Shown piece after piece: positions 19,010 through 29,900 of a stretch of DNA of 64,000 nucleotides. Source of the stretch: Povalibacter sp. (GTDB taxonomy: Bacteria > Pseudomonadota > Gammaproteobacteria > Steroidobacterales > Steroidobacteraceae); the NCBI GenBank assembly GCA_035761425.1, contig DASTRD010000275.1:804-64803 (forward strand). The letters run 5' to 3'. Every line of letters starts with the position of its first letter. Positions within the stretch are counted from its first letter, which is position 1. The notes under the pieces are model-generated. The model was given only the letters and a program-made list of their open reading frames with translations, did not search any database and was not told where the DNA came from. Both the position numbers and the translations under genes were made by a program.

Positions 19010-19963
19010 CTACTGCCTGAGCCTTTTCTGGATGGCATCCATCAGCAGTCCCGCGATTTCGGTACCGAACTGCTTGTCGAGTTCGCGCACCCCGGTTGGA
19101 CTGGTGACGTTGATCTCCGTGACATATCCGCCGATCACGTCCAGCCCCACGAACAGCATGCCGCGCTCGCGCAGCGCAGGTCCGATCTGACTCACCAGCC
19201 AGCGATCGCGCTCCGTCAGCTCCCGACCTTCGCCGCGAGCGCCTGCGGCAAGGTTGCCCCGGTTGTCCAGCTCGGTAGGAATGCGCGCAAGCGCGTAAGG
19301 CGCGGGCTCGCCGTCGATGACGAGCACGCGCGAATCGCCCGTACTGACGATCTCCGGAAGGTATTTCTGCACGATGGCGTAGCGGGTGCCGTAATCAGTC
19401 TGGTTCTCGAAGATGACATTCGCATTCTTGTCGCCGCGATCGACCACGAAGATGGACCGTCCACCCATGCCATGCAGCGGTTTGCACACCGCGCGGCCGT
19501 GTTCGCGGACGAAGGCATGCATGTCCGCCATGTTGCGCGTGATGAGGGTGGGTGCGCAGCACTGCGGGAACCAGGCCGTGTAGACCTTCTCGTTCATGTC
19601 GCGCAGGCCCTGCGGGGAGTTGAAGACCTGCACACCCTGCGCCTGGGCGCGTTCCAGGATGTAGGTCGTGTAGATGTACTCCATGTCGAACGGCGGGTCC
19701 TTGCGCATCAGCAGCGCGTCGTACTGCGACAGCGGGCCGACCTGAGTGGCACCGAGTTCGAACCAGTCCTTCAGATCGTCGCGAACCCGCACCGGTCGCA
19801 GGCGGCCGAAGGCTACGCCGTCGCGCAGATACAGATCCTGCTGTTCCGCGTACCACAGTTCCCAGCCGCGCTTCTGCGCCGCAAGCAGCATCGCAAGCGT
19901 GGTGTCCTTCGCCGGCTTGATGGCGGCGATGGGATCCATGACGACGACGAGTCGGATGGGCAT
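19010..19963 (-). CDS. gshB: Glutathione synthetase
   Basis: Prokaryotic GSH synthetase N- and ATP-grasp domains (MRKDPPFDMEYIYTTYILE, VCKPLHGMGGRSIF, GLDVIGGYVTEINVTSPTG). Confidence 0.95.
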   Translation of the reverse strand: MPIRLVVVMDPIAAIKPAKDTTLAMLLAAQKRGWELWYAEQQDLYLRDGVAFGRLRPVRVRDDLKDWFELGATQVGPLSQYDALLMRKDPPFDMEYIYTTYILERAQAQGVQVFNSPQGLRDMNEKVYTAWFPQCCAPTLITRNMADMHAFVREHGRAVCKPLHGMGGRSIFVVDRGDKNANVIFENQTDYGTRYAIVQKYLPEIVSTGDSRVLVIDGEPAPYALARIPTELDNRGNLAAGARGEGRELTERDRWLVSQIGPALRERGMLFVGLDVIGGYVTEINVTSPTGVRELDKQFGTEIAGLLMDAIQKRLRQ

Positions 19964-20086
19964 GAGACAAATCCTGAAAAGAAGAAGAGGTTGACGGTTG
20001 ACCGTTGTCTGCCGGCGCCCGGCGTGAGAATCGGCACCTGCCGGCTGTGTTCACCACGTGAAAGTCCCGCCGTCGGACTCAACGGT

Positions 20087-20120
20087 CATTGGCTGCGTGA
20101 TTTGCGTCACGTGACCAATG
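20087..20120. promoter_or_regulatory. CRP/Vfr/Clp-like dyad (CATTGG-ctg-CGTGA-tttgcg-TCACG-tga-CCAATG) in the gshB/pilG divergent region
   Basis: The core CGTGA-N6-TCACG matches 8 of 10 positions of TGTGA-N6-TCACA, and the outer 6-bp arms are also perfectly symmetric. A second TTCAC-cac-GTGAA dyad lies at 20050-20062. Confidence 0.4.
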
Positions 20121-20298
20121 AGAGCGTGTGACGGGCTTCATACTATAGGAACGCGGCCAATGGCAGGCCCCCAACCAATATGTTAAAAGTTTCCGCTATC
20201 GCGCAAGTCCATTGATTTCAGAAGATTTCACGAGCGCCGGACACTGACGAAACCGCGTTCTTGCAGACGAGCAACGCGCGAGGCCCACGAGGAAAGCG

Positions 20299-20709
20299 AT
20301 GGAAAATCTGGCTACGAACGAGCCGAGGCTCGCAGGTCTGAAGGTGCTGGTCATCGATGACAGCAAGACGATCCGGCGCACCGCAGAGACGCTCCTCACC
20401 AAGGAAGGCTGTGAAGTCTTCACCGCGGTCGACGGCTTCGATGCGCTCTCCAAGATCGCAGATCACCAGCCGGACATCGTCTTCGTCGACATCATGATGC
20501 CGCGGCTTGACGGCTATCAGACGTGTTCGCTGATCAAGCACAACAAGGTGTTCCGTTCCATTCCGGTGATCATGCTGTCCAGCAAGGACGGCCTGTTCGA
20601 TCGCGCACGCGGTCGCATCGTGGGATCGGAGCACTACCTGACGAAGCCTTTCACCAAGGATGAACTGTTGAGTGCCATCGAAACGCACGTCGGCCAGCTG
20701 GCCCGGTAG
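20299..20709 (+). CDS. pilG: CheY-like response regulator PilG
   Basis: Receiver domain (VLVIDDSKTIRR, IVFVDIMMPRLDGY, LSSKDG...KPF), first gene of the pilGHIJ-chpA cluster. Confidence 0.9.
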   Translation: MENLATNEPRLAGLKVLVIDDSKTIRRTAETLLTKEGCEVFTAVDGFDALSKIADHQPDIVFVDIMMPRLDGYQTCSLIKHNKVFRSIPVIMLSSKDGLFDRARGRIVGSEHYLTKPFTKDELLSAIETHVGQLAR

Positions 20710-20765
20710 CGGCGACAGGCTCACAGATGCGCGGACAGGCAATTGCGGCACGGTCGGAGCGAGGT

Positions 20766-21131
20766 ATGTCCCTGATCCTCATTGTCGATGATTCGCCCAC
20801 GGAAGTTCACGTGATGCAGAAGGCGCTGGAAAGCCATGGCTACCAGACGGCTTCGGCAGGCGACGGTGCGGAAGCCATCCGCAAGGCCAAGGCCATGAAG
20901 CCCGATCTCATTTTCATGGACGTGGTGATGCCCGGCGTCAACGGCTTCCAGGCGACGCGCAAGCTCGCTTCCGATCCGGACACCAAGGCCATTCCCGTGA
21001 TCATGGTGACCTCCAAGGATCAGGAAACGGACCGCATCTGGGGTATGCGCCAGGGCGCCGTGGACTATCTGGTCAAGCCGGTCTCGATGGACAAGCTCAT
21101 CGAGAAGGCGCAGGCCGCGCTGAACGGTTGA
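20766..21131 (+). CDS. pilH: CheY-like response regulator PilH
   Basis: 121-aa receiver (ILIVDDSPTE, LIFMDVVMPGVNGF, VTSKDQ...KP). GGAG lies upstream of the ATG at 20766. Confidence 0.9.
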   Translation: MSLILIVDDSPTEVHVMQKALESHGYQTASAGDGAEAIRKAKAMKPDLIFMDVVMPGVNGFQATRKLASDPDTKAIPVIMVTSKDQETDRIWGMRQGAVDYLVKPVSMDKLIEKAQAALNG

Positions 21132-21144
21132 GCGCAGTCTTCTC

Positions 21145-21735
21145 ATGAACGCCACTGCTGCAGCCCCCGCCACGACGCTCGCGAATCTGCGATCGCTGCG
21201 CGACAAGCCTTTCGAGCTGTTGCGCGAGCTGGAGCGTCTGGCCCGCGTGGCGCTGGCCGGTCAGGGCCGCGACGCCGACAACGAACATGAATGGGTGGGT
21301 GTGGCGTTTCGCGTCAGTTCCGAGAACTTTCTGGTGGCGCGCGAGGAGACTCGCGAAGTGCTGGGGTTTCCTCCGGTCGTGACACGCGTGCCCGGTGCGC
21401 GCTCCTGGATCCGCGGCCTCGCCAACGTGCGCGGTCAGCTGCTGCCCATCGTCGATCTGCGCGCCTTCCTCGGCGGTGGCGCTACAAACATTTCCCGTAC
21501 CTCGCGTGTGCTGGTGGCAAACCATCGCGAAGTGCCGGCAGGCCTGCTCGTGGATGAAGTGCAGGGCTTCCGTCGCTTCAACGACAAGGAATTCGGCGCG
21601 ACCCTGCCGCCCACCATCATTCGCTGCGAACGTTATCTCGCGGGCGCATTTCGCCGCGGGACCGACAACTGGCCGGTCTTCAGCCTGCGCAGCCTGCTCG
21701 AAAGTCCTGAATTTCTGCAGGCAGCTGCCTCGTAG
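21145..21735 (+). CDS. pilI: CheW-like coupling protein PilI
   Basis: CheW domain (WIRGLANVRGQLLPIVDLRAFLG...VLVANH...GLLVDEV) at the pilI position. Confidence 0.85.
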   Translation: MNATAAAPATTLANLRSLRDKPFELLRELERLARVALAGQGRDADNEHEWVGVAFRVSSENFLVAREETREVLGFPPVVTRVPGARSWIRGLANVRGQLLPIVDLRAFLGGGATNISRTSRVLVANHREVPAGLLVDEVQGFRRFNDKEFGATLPPTIIRCERYLAGAFRRGTDNWPVFSLRSLLESPEFLQAAAS

Positions 21736-21837
21736 CTGCTGGCCCAATCCGCATGAACACGGTCGCAATCATCAACAATCTCGCAGACCAGGTCGCGCCA
21801 TCCGCTGCGCGTCCCGGCACTTCAACAGGGTGTCAGC

Positions 21838-23922
21838 ATGGGTGACACCAATCACAAGATGTACGGCATCCGCTTCCTGCCCGTACTGCTCGGTCTTGCG
21901 CTGATCTGCATCATCGCAGCGGCGGGGCTGCTGCTGTTCTCCAACCGGGGTTCCGGCGATGACGCCACCCAGGTCAGACAGATCAATGAAATCGTCGCGC
22001 TGTCGCAGAAGATCCCTGCGCTCACCGTGGGTGCACTGTCGGGCAGGGTGGATTCGTTCGAGGCGCTGTCGAAAGCGGTCCAGCGCTACTCGGCACTGGT
22101 CAATGCCGCCGGCGGTGAAGCGAAAGCCTTCGGACCGTCCGTTGAACTGCAGAAACAATCGCAGACGATTCTGAATGCGCGCGAAGCGACCTTCGGCGTG
22201 CAGAAGGCTGCGAGCGATGTCCGTGCCCTGATCCCGCAACTGCTGCAAAGCCTGGGGAATGTCGCGAGTGCGCTCGGTCCGACTGGCGTCGAAAGCATGT
22301 CCAGACATATCGAGCGCTTCGAGCTCACCGGTCAGCGGCTGCAACAGGATATGGAAGCGCTGTCGGGCGGCGTCGGCGATCCGACCCTGATCGCGCGGCG
22401 ACTCGCGGACGGCATCGATTACATGGGACAGGTGGTGGGCGGTCTGCGCGGCGAAGACGTGGGCCTCGGGCTCACGAAAGTCACCGGTGGCGATGCCGAA
22501 GCGCGCCTGAAAACGATGGGGACCCTGTATTCGCAACTGAGCGAACAGGTGCGCACGGCGATCACGTCCGCCGAGCGCCTGCGGCTGGCACGCGACGCGT
22601 CCGTTGCGGTCGCCGCGAACGCCGACAAGATCTACGACAACTTCCAGGATCGCATCGGTGTGCCGACGGCCGCCAGCGATCCTCTGATCAGCTCGATACT
22701 GCCGTTCTCGCTTCTGGGGGTCGCCGGCGTCTCTCTGATCGTCCTGGCGCTGTTGTTCGCAACCGGCGGCAGCATCCGCAAGACAGTCGAAGCACAGGCG
22801 GCAAAGAACGAGCGCAACCAGGAAGCCATTCTGCGGTTGCTCGATGAACTCTCGAGCCTGGCCGACGGCGATCTCACGGTGCAGGCGACGGTGACGGAAG
22901 ACATCACCGGCGCGATCGCCGACTCGATCAACTACGCCATCGAAGCGCTGCGTGAACTGGTGGCCACCATCAACGATTCCGCCATTACGCTCGACGGTTC
23001 GGTGAAGCAGACACAGAACTCGGCAGGCCTGCTGGCCAAGGCGGCGGTTGCACAGTCGCGCCAGATCGCGCTCGCCTCCGAATCGGTCGCAGCGATGGCC
23101 GCTTCGACCGAGGAAGTGTCGGGCAACGCCGAGCGGTCGTCGGATGTGGCGCGTCACTCGGTGGACGTTGCTCACAAGGGCGGCGATGCAGTGCGTCGCA
23201 CCATCGACGGCATGAATGCGATTCGCGAGACCATCCAGGAGACCTCCAAGCGCATCAAGCGTCTCGGCGAGAGCTCGCAGGAAATCGGCAACATCGTCGA
23301 ACTCATCAACGACATCGCCGAGCAGACCAACATTCTCGCGCTGAACGCCTCGATCCAGGCGTCGATGGCCGGAGAAGCGGGCCGCGGCTTCGCCGTGGTG
23401 GCCGATGAAGTACAGCGCCTCGCCGAGCGCGCGGCGGCTGCCACCAAGCAGATCGAAGTTCTGGTGCGCACGATCCAGGCCGACACCAACGAGGCAGTGG
23501 TGTCCATGGAACGCAGCACCACCGACGTAGTAGGCGGCGCGTTGCTCGCCGAGAACGCAGGCGCGGCGCTCGAGGAAATCGAGCAGGTGTCGAACCAGAT
23601 CGCCAGTCTGGTGCAGAACATCTCGGCCAGCTCGCGTCAGCAGGCGTCGGCTGCCCAGAACATTGCGCGCAACATGGGTGCGCTGCGCGAGATCAGCTCG
23701 CATACAGCAGAGAATTCCGCAGCGACCTCCAACTCGGTGGGCAAGCTGGCAGAACTGTCGGCACAGCTGCGCAAGTCGGTTTCCGGCTTCCGTCTGCCCG
23801 ATGCAGCGTCGGGCGGCACCGAATTGCTCGCCGATCCCGCACGCAACTCGCCGCCCGTCGTGGCGCCCGTCATTACCGCCACCTCGCCGCCGAAGAAAAA
23901 GGTCGGCGGGCTGTCCGGCTGA
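21838..23922 (+). CDS. pilJ: Methyl-accepting chemotaxis protein PilJ
   Basis: N-terminal TM segment, large periplasmic region, HAMP, and the conserved MCP signalling hairpin (IAEQTNILALNASIQASMAGEAGRGFAVVADEVQRLAERA). Confidence 0.9.
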   Translation: MGDTNHKMYGIRFLPVLLGLALICIIAAAGLLLFSNRGSGDDATQVRQINEIVALSQKIPALTVGALSGRVDSFEALSKAVQRYSALVNAAGGEAKAFGPSVELQKQSQTILNAREATFGVQKAASDVRALIPQLLQSLGNVASALGPTGVESMSRHIERFELTGQRLQQDMEALSGGVGDPTLIARRLADGIDYMGQVVGGLRGEDVGLGLTKVTGGDAEARLKTMGTLYSQLSEQVRTAITSAERLRLARDASVAVAANADKIYDNFQDRIGVPTAASDPLISSILPFSLLGVAGVSLIVLALLFATGGSIRKTVEAQAAKNERNQEAILRLLDELSSLADGDLTVQATVTEDITGAIADSINYAIEALRELVATINDSAITLDGSVKQTQNSAGLLAKAAVAQSRQIALASESVAAMAASTEEVSGNAERSSDVARHSVDVAHKGGDAVRRTIDGMNAIRETIQETSKRIKRLGESSQEIGNIVELINDIAEQTNILALNASIQASMAGEAGRGFAVVADEVQRLAERAAAATKQIEVLVRTIQADTNEAVVSMERSTTDVVGGALLAENAGAALEEIEQVSNQIASLVQNISASSRQQASAAQNIARNMGALREISSHTAENSAATSNSVGKLAELSAQLRKSVSGFRLPDAASGGTELLADPARNSPPVVAPVITATSPPKKKVGGLSG

Positions 23923-23946
23923 CCGACCAAGAGCATCCGCTGACCC

Positions 23947-26900
23947 ATGGCTGAGCTTTCATCGCAAACCCTGCATATCGTCGCGCGTGAGCTCAACACG
24001 GAGCTCAACGAAGCCCGTGCAGCCCTGGAGCTGTTCGGCGATCAGCAGGACAACGTCATGCTGCTGCGCCGTTGCGGCGAGCATCTGCACGCAGTGCGCG
24101 GTGCGCTGCGCGTGTCCGAAGTCTATGGCGCGGCATTGCTGGCCGAAGAAATGGGTCAGGTCGTGCAGTACCTGGTCGACAACTTCGCCGAGAAGCGTCA
24201 CCTGGTCGAAGGCCTCGATGCGCTGATGCGCTCGATGGTGCAGCTGCCCACATATCTCGAGCGCGTGCTGAGCGGCGGTCGCGACATGGCGCTGGTACTG
24301 CTGCCTCTGCTCAACGATCTGCGCGCAGTCCGCGGTCACGCGTTGCTGTCCGAAGGCACGCTGCTGCTGCTGAACCTCAGCTCCGATCAGCAGGCAAATC
24401 CCGTGACGACGGCGCCCGGCGAAGGCGTCATGAGCGTCGCGCAGTGGGCACGCAAGCTGCGAACGCGCTTCCAGCTCGGTCTGCTGGGCTGGATCAAGGG
24501 CGAGCGGGTCGAACAGAACCTCGAAACGTTGTCGCGAGCTGCCGAGAAACTCGAGCAGGTGGCAACCACCCAGCCGGTGTTCCAGCTGTGGTGGGTAGTG
24601 GGCGCCATTCTCGAAGCCATGCGCGATGGCGGTCTGGAAGGCAGCGCTTCGATCAAGCGCCTGCTCGGTCAGGCCGATCGCGAAATGCGTCGACTGTACG
24701 AACAGGGCGAATCGCGCTACGCCGAAGCGCCTTCGCTGGAACTCCTCAACAATCTTCTCTACTACGTGGCACGCGCCAGGACTTCCGGGCCGCGCGTCGC
24801 CGCAGTGCGCGCCTCATTCCGACTCAACGAACTGCTGCCGGTCGACGATCAGGTCGAACAGGCACGCGAAAGCCTGTCAGCTCCGTCGGTCAAGCTCATG
24901 AAGACGGTGGCGGCGGCCATCAAGGAAGACCTGAGCCGCGTGAAGGACGCGCTCGATATCTTCGTGCGTCGCGGCGGCACGCAGGTCGAAGAGCTTGCAC
25001 CGCAGCTCGAACTGCTGAAGAAGATCGGCGATACGCTCGGCGTGCTCGGTCTGGGTGAGCTGCGCGACAAGGTGCAGAACGAAACGACGGACCTGCAGGC
25101 CATCGTGGTGCAGCAGAAGCCCGTGAACGAGGGCACGTTGCTGCGCATGGCATCGACGCTGATCAAGGTCGAGGACAGTCTCGACGAACAGCTCGTCGGC
25201 ATGATCGTGCCGACCGGCGAGCCGCAGTCACAGGCGCCCAGCAAGGTGACCGGCGCCGACGACGTCGAATTCCGCCAGGTCACCGAGGCGGTGCTGCGCG
25301 AATGCATCGTGAACATGGCACGCATCAAGGAAGCCATCGCGCAGTCCATGGACAAGTCGCGCGAAGGACAGGGTATCGATCAGATTCCAGCGCTGGTGCG
25401 TGGCATTACCGCGGGCCTGATGATGCTGGGCAAGACGCGCGCTGCCGAGATCATGGAAGGCATCGATCGCGCGTTGTCGCAGTTCGTCCGCTCCGACGGC
25501 ATGACGCTGCCGCCCGAAGCGGTCGACCGTCTGGCCGATGCCATCGTGGCGATCGAGTACTACATGGAGACGCTGCAGGCCGGACGCGCCGACCCCTGGT
25601 ACATGCTCGACAACGCCGAAACCTGCCTGAAGTATCTGGCAGAGACTCAGCCGGTGCCGCGCGAGGAAGCCTACGCGGGAGTCGATCACGCCCACACCAT
25701 CGTTATCGAGCCGCTGTCGCAGACTGTGGCGGCCCCGACCGAACACGAACGCACCGCCGTGCTGGATCGCGCCCCGGTTACGCCGGCGCCGAAGCGACCT
25801 GCGATCACTGCAGCACCGGTCAATGTCGTGACGCCGCCCGCCCTGGTCAAGCCGACTGATCGCGAGATCGATCCGGAATTCCTCGAGCTGTTCATCGAGG
25901 AGGCGAAGGACGAAATCGCCAGACTGCAGAAATTCTTTCCGCTGTGGGATCAGAACCCGCAGGACAGCGATTCGCTGGTCAACATCCGGCGCTCGTTCCA
26001 CACGCTCAAGGGCAGCGGCCGCATGGTCGGCGCGCAGCTCATCGGCGAATTCGCGTGGTCGATCGAGAATCTGCTGAACCGGGTCATCAACAAGACACTG
26101 GATCGCACGCCCGACATGATGGGCATGCTGCGCACTGCGGTTGCAGCCGTACCGGAACTGGTTGAGCAACTCGAGACCGGGCGCGCGCCGGCGACCGATG
26201 TGGGCGCCATCATGGCGAAGGCCAATGCCCTGTCCGGCATGCGTTCCAGTGCTGCGCCTGCTGCTGCGCCGCCCGCGGCACCGATACTGAAGCAGCCTGT
26301 CACCCCATCCGCTGCCGCTGCGCCGCCTCCTGCACCGGAACCCGCGCAAAAAAAAACGATAGAGCCGATGGATCCGGCGCTGCACGAAATCTACGCCAAA
26401 GAAACCGCGGGACACCTCGCGGTCATTCGTAAGTTCATCGGAACCTGTGCACTGGCGAACCCGCCCTACCAGGTGACCGAAGATCTTTACCGCTCCTGTC
26501 ACACGCTGAGCGGCACTGCGAAAACAGCCGGCGCCCGCCAGGGCATCAAGGTTGCCGATCCGCTCAATCGCTACATCCGCAAGCTGCATGACAATTCGGC
26601 CGGTCTGCCCGGCGAAGGGCTCGACGTACTGAAGGATTCCGTCGCGCTGATTCAGCAGGTCGTCGATCACATCAACGAGGACACGGGCTTCTTCGTCAAT
26701 CAGGACAGTGTCATCCAGCGATTGCATGCGCTCGAGCACGCACTCGATCAGGAAATTGCGCGCCTGGGTGAAACCCTCGACGTGGGTGCCGAGGCCACCC
26801 GGGCCATCCCGGTGCTCAAGGAAGATGCCATGACACAGCCGCCCTCTGAGCCGGAAGATCGGTCCAGCGAGACCATCTCCACCGAGATCGACCTCGAAGA

Positions 26901-29900
26901 GCACCAGGCCACCAATGTGTTCGGTGCAGGCGAGTTTCCGAAAGTCACGCCGCACAACGAGACGATTGAAGTCGAAGTGATCGAGTTGCCTTCGACCGAC
27001 GCGGACGAACTGAAGATGCTCGACTGGAGCTACCAGAATTTCCCGGAAGATGCGCCCGCTGGCCAGGATGCGGCGACCAACGACGAATTGCTGGCGCACG
27101 ATGAGGAAACGCAGTCGGTAGGCGACCTGGCGCGGAGCCTGGATGCATCGACGTCATCGGTGGAGGACTCTGCCAGCGAGGGAATCCTGGTCGAAGAGAG
27201 CATCATCGAGGAACTCGACGCTTCGGTCTTCGCGGACCACGACATCGAAGTCGCCGATATCGACGAGCTGGCGGAAACCAATCGGGTTCCCGTGCTCGGT
27301 GCCGACAGCGAGCAGCCACTGGCCGAACAGAATGACGTGCTCGCGCAATCCGATGCGCTTGCGCCGCAGGACGCGGGCGAGGAAATCGTGCTGGATGGCG
27401 CTGCGTCGCAGGAGTCGATCGACGAACCGGTCGTGCTCGCCGAAGAAGAATCCGTCGAAATCGACTATGAATTGCCGAGCGAAGCCATGCAGGTGCAGGC
27501 GCCGGCAGACGACGCAGAAACCGTGCACAGCGTGGCGTTGACCATGATGCCACCGCGCGAGGAAGAGCCTGCGACAGAACCTGCCGCCGCCGCAGAGCCG
27601 GCTGCTCCCGAATCCGTGCCGATGCAACAGGCGGCATCCACGGTGCCGCCGCCGGTGGCGGCTGCTGCACCTGCGCCGGTGGAAGAAGAGGAACTCGACG
27701 AAGATTTCGATCCGGACGTCGCCGCGATTTTTTCGGAGGAAGCCTCCGAGTTGCTGGAGACCGCCGAAAGCTCGCTGTCGTCCTGGGCGCGCGATCGCGC
27801 CAACCAGTCGCTGGTGTTCGAGCTCAAGCGCGTGCTGCACACGCTCAAGGGCGGTGCGCGGATGGCCGGCATTCGGGCCATGGGCGATCTGAGCCATGAA
27901 CTCGAAACACTGATGGAACTGGTGGAAGCGGGGCAGGTGCCCGGCGATCAGCCCGTGTTCGATGCGCTGCAGACCAGTCTCGATACGCTGCATCGCATGC
28001 GCGACACGGTCAGTCAGGGCGGCCGCTGTGCGCGACCGCGCGAATTGATTTCACGCATTCGTGTGCTGTCCGGTCATGAGCAGCCCGCGGCGCCTGCTGC
28101 TGCGGTTGCGCCGCAGGCCGCTGCGCCGGCAGTACAGCAACCCGTCGAAGCACAGCCGGCCGAAGCTGCTGCTGCGCTGGAGCCGGCGTCGCCCCCGAGC
28201 GCGCCGCTTGATGCGGATGACGATGCCGTCGAAATGACGGCGAGCGATGAATTCATCACGGCGGCCGACGCACCGGCCGAAATCGAAGTGGAATTCGGTG
28301 CGGATGAACTGAGCGCCGCGGCACCGGCCGAAAGTGCTGCGCCCCAGAACGACATGGCGCCTGTCGAGCCACTGGCGACCAGCGAACCTGCGCCGGAGCC
28401 GGCACCGGCACCCGCGCTGCCGCCGGGCCGCGAACCCCAGGTGCAGGAACGCCAGGAGTTCGCGCGCGTCGACGCCGATCTGCTCGACAACCTGCTGAAC
28501 AATGCCGGCGAGGTCAGCATTTTCCGTTCGCGACTCGAGCAGCAGATGGGATCGATCGAGTTCAACCTCGCCGAACTCAGTCGCACCGTGACTCGTCTGA
28601 AGGAACAGCTGCGCAAGCTCGAACTCGAGACCGAAGCGCAGATCCTGCATCGTCATCAGGAAGAACACCCGAATCGCGCCGATTTCGACCCGCTCGAACT
28701 CGATCGCTACTCGACCATTCAGCAGCTCACGCGCGCCTTCGCCGAAGCGGTCAGCGACGTGGGCAGCATCGAAGGCCTGCTGGAGAATCTCACGCGCGAA
28801 GGTCAGAACCTGCTGCTGCAGCAGGCGCGCGTCGTCACCGAACTGCAGAGCGGACTGATGCGCACCCGCATGGTGCCGTTCCAGCGCCACGTGCAGCGCC
28901 TGAGCCGTCTGGTGCGACAGGTCGCAGCCGACGAAGGCAAGAAGGCCGAACTCGTCGTTGCCGGTGCGGCAGGCGAACTCGATCGTCAGGTGCTCGATCG
29001 CATGCTGCCGCCGTTTGAACACATGCTGCGCAATTCCATCGTGCACGGCATCGAGTCGCCGGCGGAGCGCGCGGCCAGGGGCAAACCGGAAGGCGGCACG
29101 ATCCGCGTCGGTCTGCATCGCGAAGGCGCCGAGATGATCATCGTGCTGGAAGATGACGGTCGCGGCATCGACGTGAATGCTGTGCGCGAACGTGCGCGTG
29201 CCCGCGGCCTGCTGGCGGAAGGGCGTGTGCTGTCCGATGAGGAAGCCATGCAGCTCATTCTCGAGCCCGGCTTCAGCACGGCATCGTCCGTGACCCAGCA
29301 TGCCGGTCGCGGCGTCGGCATGGACGTGGTGGTCACGGAGATCAAGAAGCTCGGCGGCGCACTCTTCACCGAATCCGTACCCGGGCAGGGCGTGAAATTC
29401 ACTATCCGTCTGCCGTTCACGCTGGCGATTACCCAGGCCCTGATCGTGCGCACGGGCGAAGAGCTCTACGCGCTGCCGCTGCCGTCCGTTGAAGGCGTGG
29501 CGCGCGTGCAGCGATCGGATGTCGAAAAGCATCTCGCGGAAGAAACGCCGACGTTCAACTATGGCGGTCAGCTCTATCGTTTCCAGCATCTCGGCGCATT
29601 CGTCGGCGGCGGTCCGTCGGTGCTGCCGGACGGCGATGTTTCCGTGCCGCTGATCCTGATCCGCGCTGGCGATCATTCAACCGCGATCGTGCCTGACGAA
29701 CTGGTCGGCACGCGCGAGATGGTGGTGAAGTCCGTGGGTCCGCAGATCGCGACCATCCGGGGCATTTCCGGCGCCACCATCATGGGCGATGGCCGCATCG
29801 TCATCATTCTCGACATGGGCGCGCTGGTGCGCTCGGAATGGCGCGGGCGCAGCGAGCTCATGGCAGGTCCGCGCGAAGACCGCCGCACCTTTGCGCTCGT

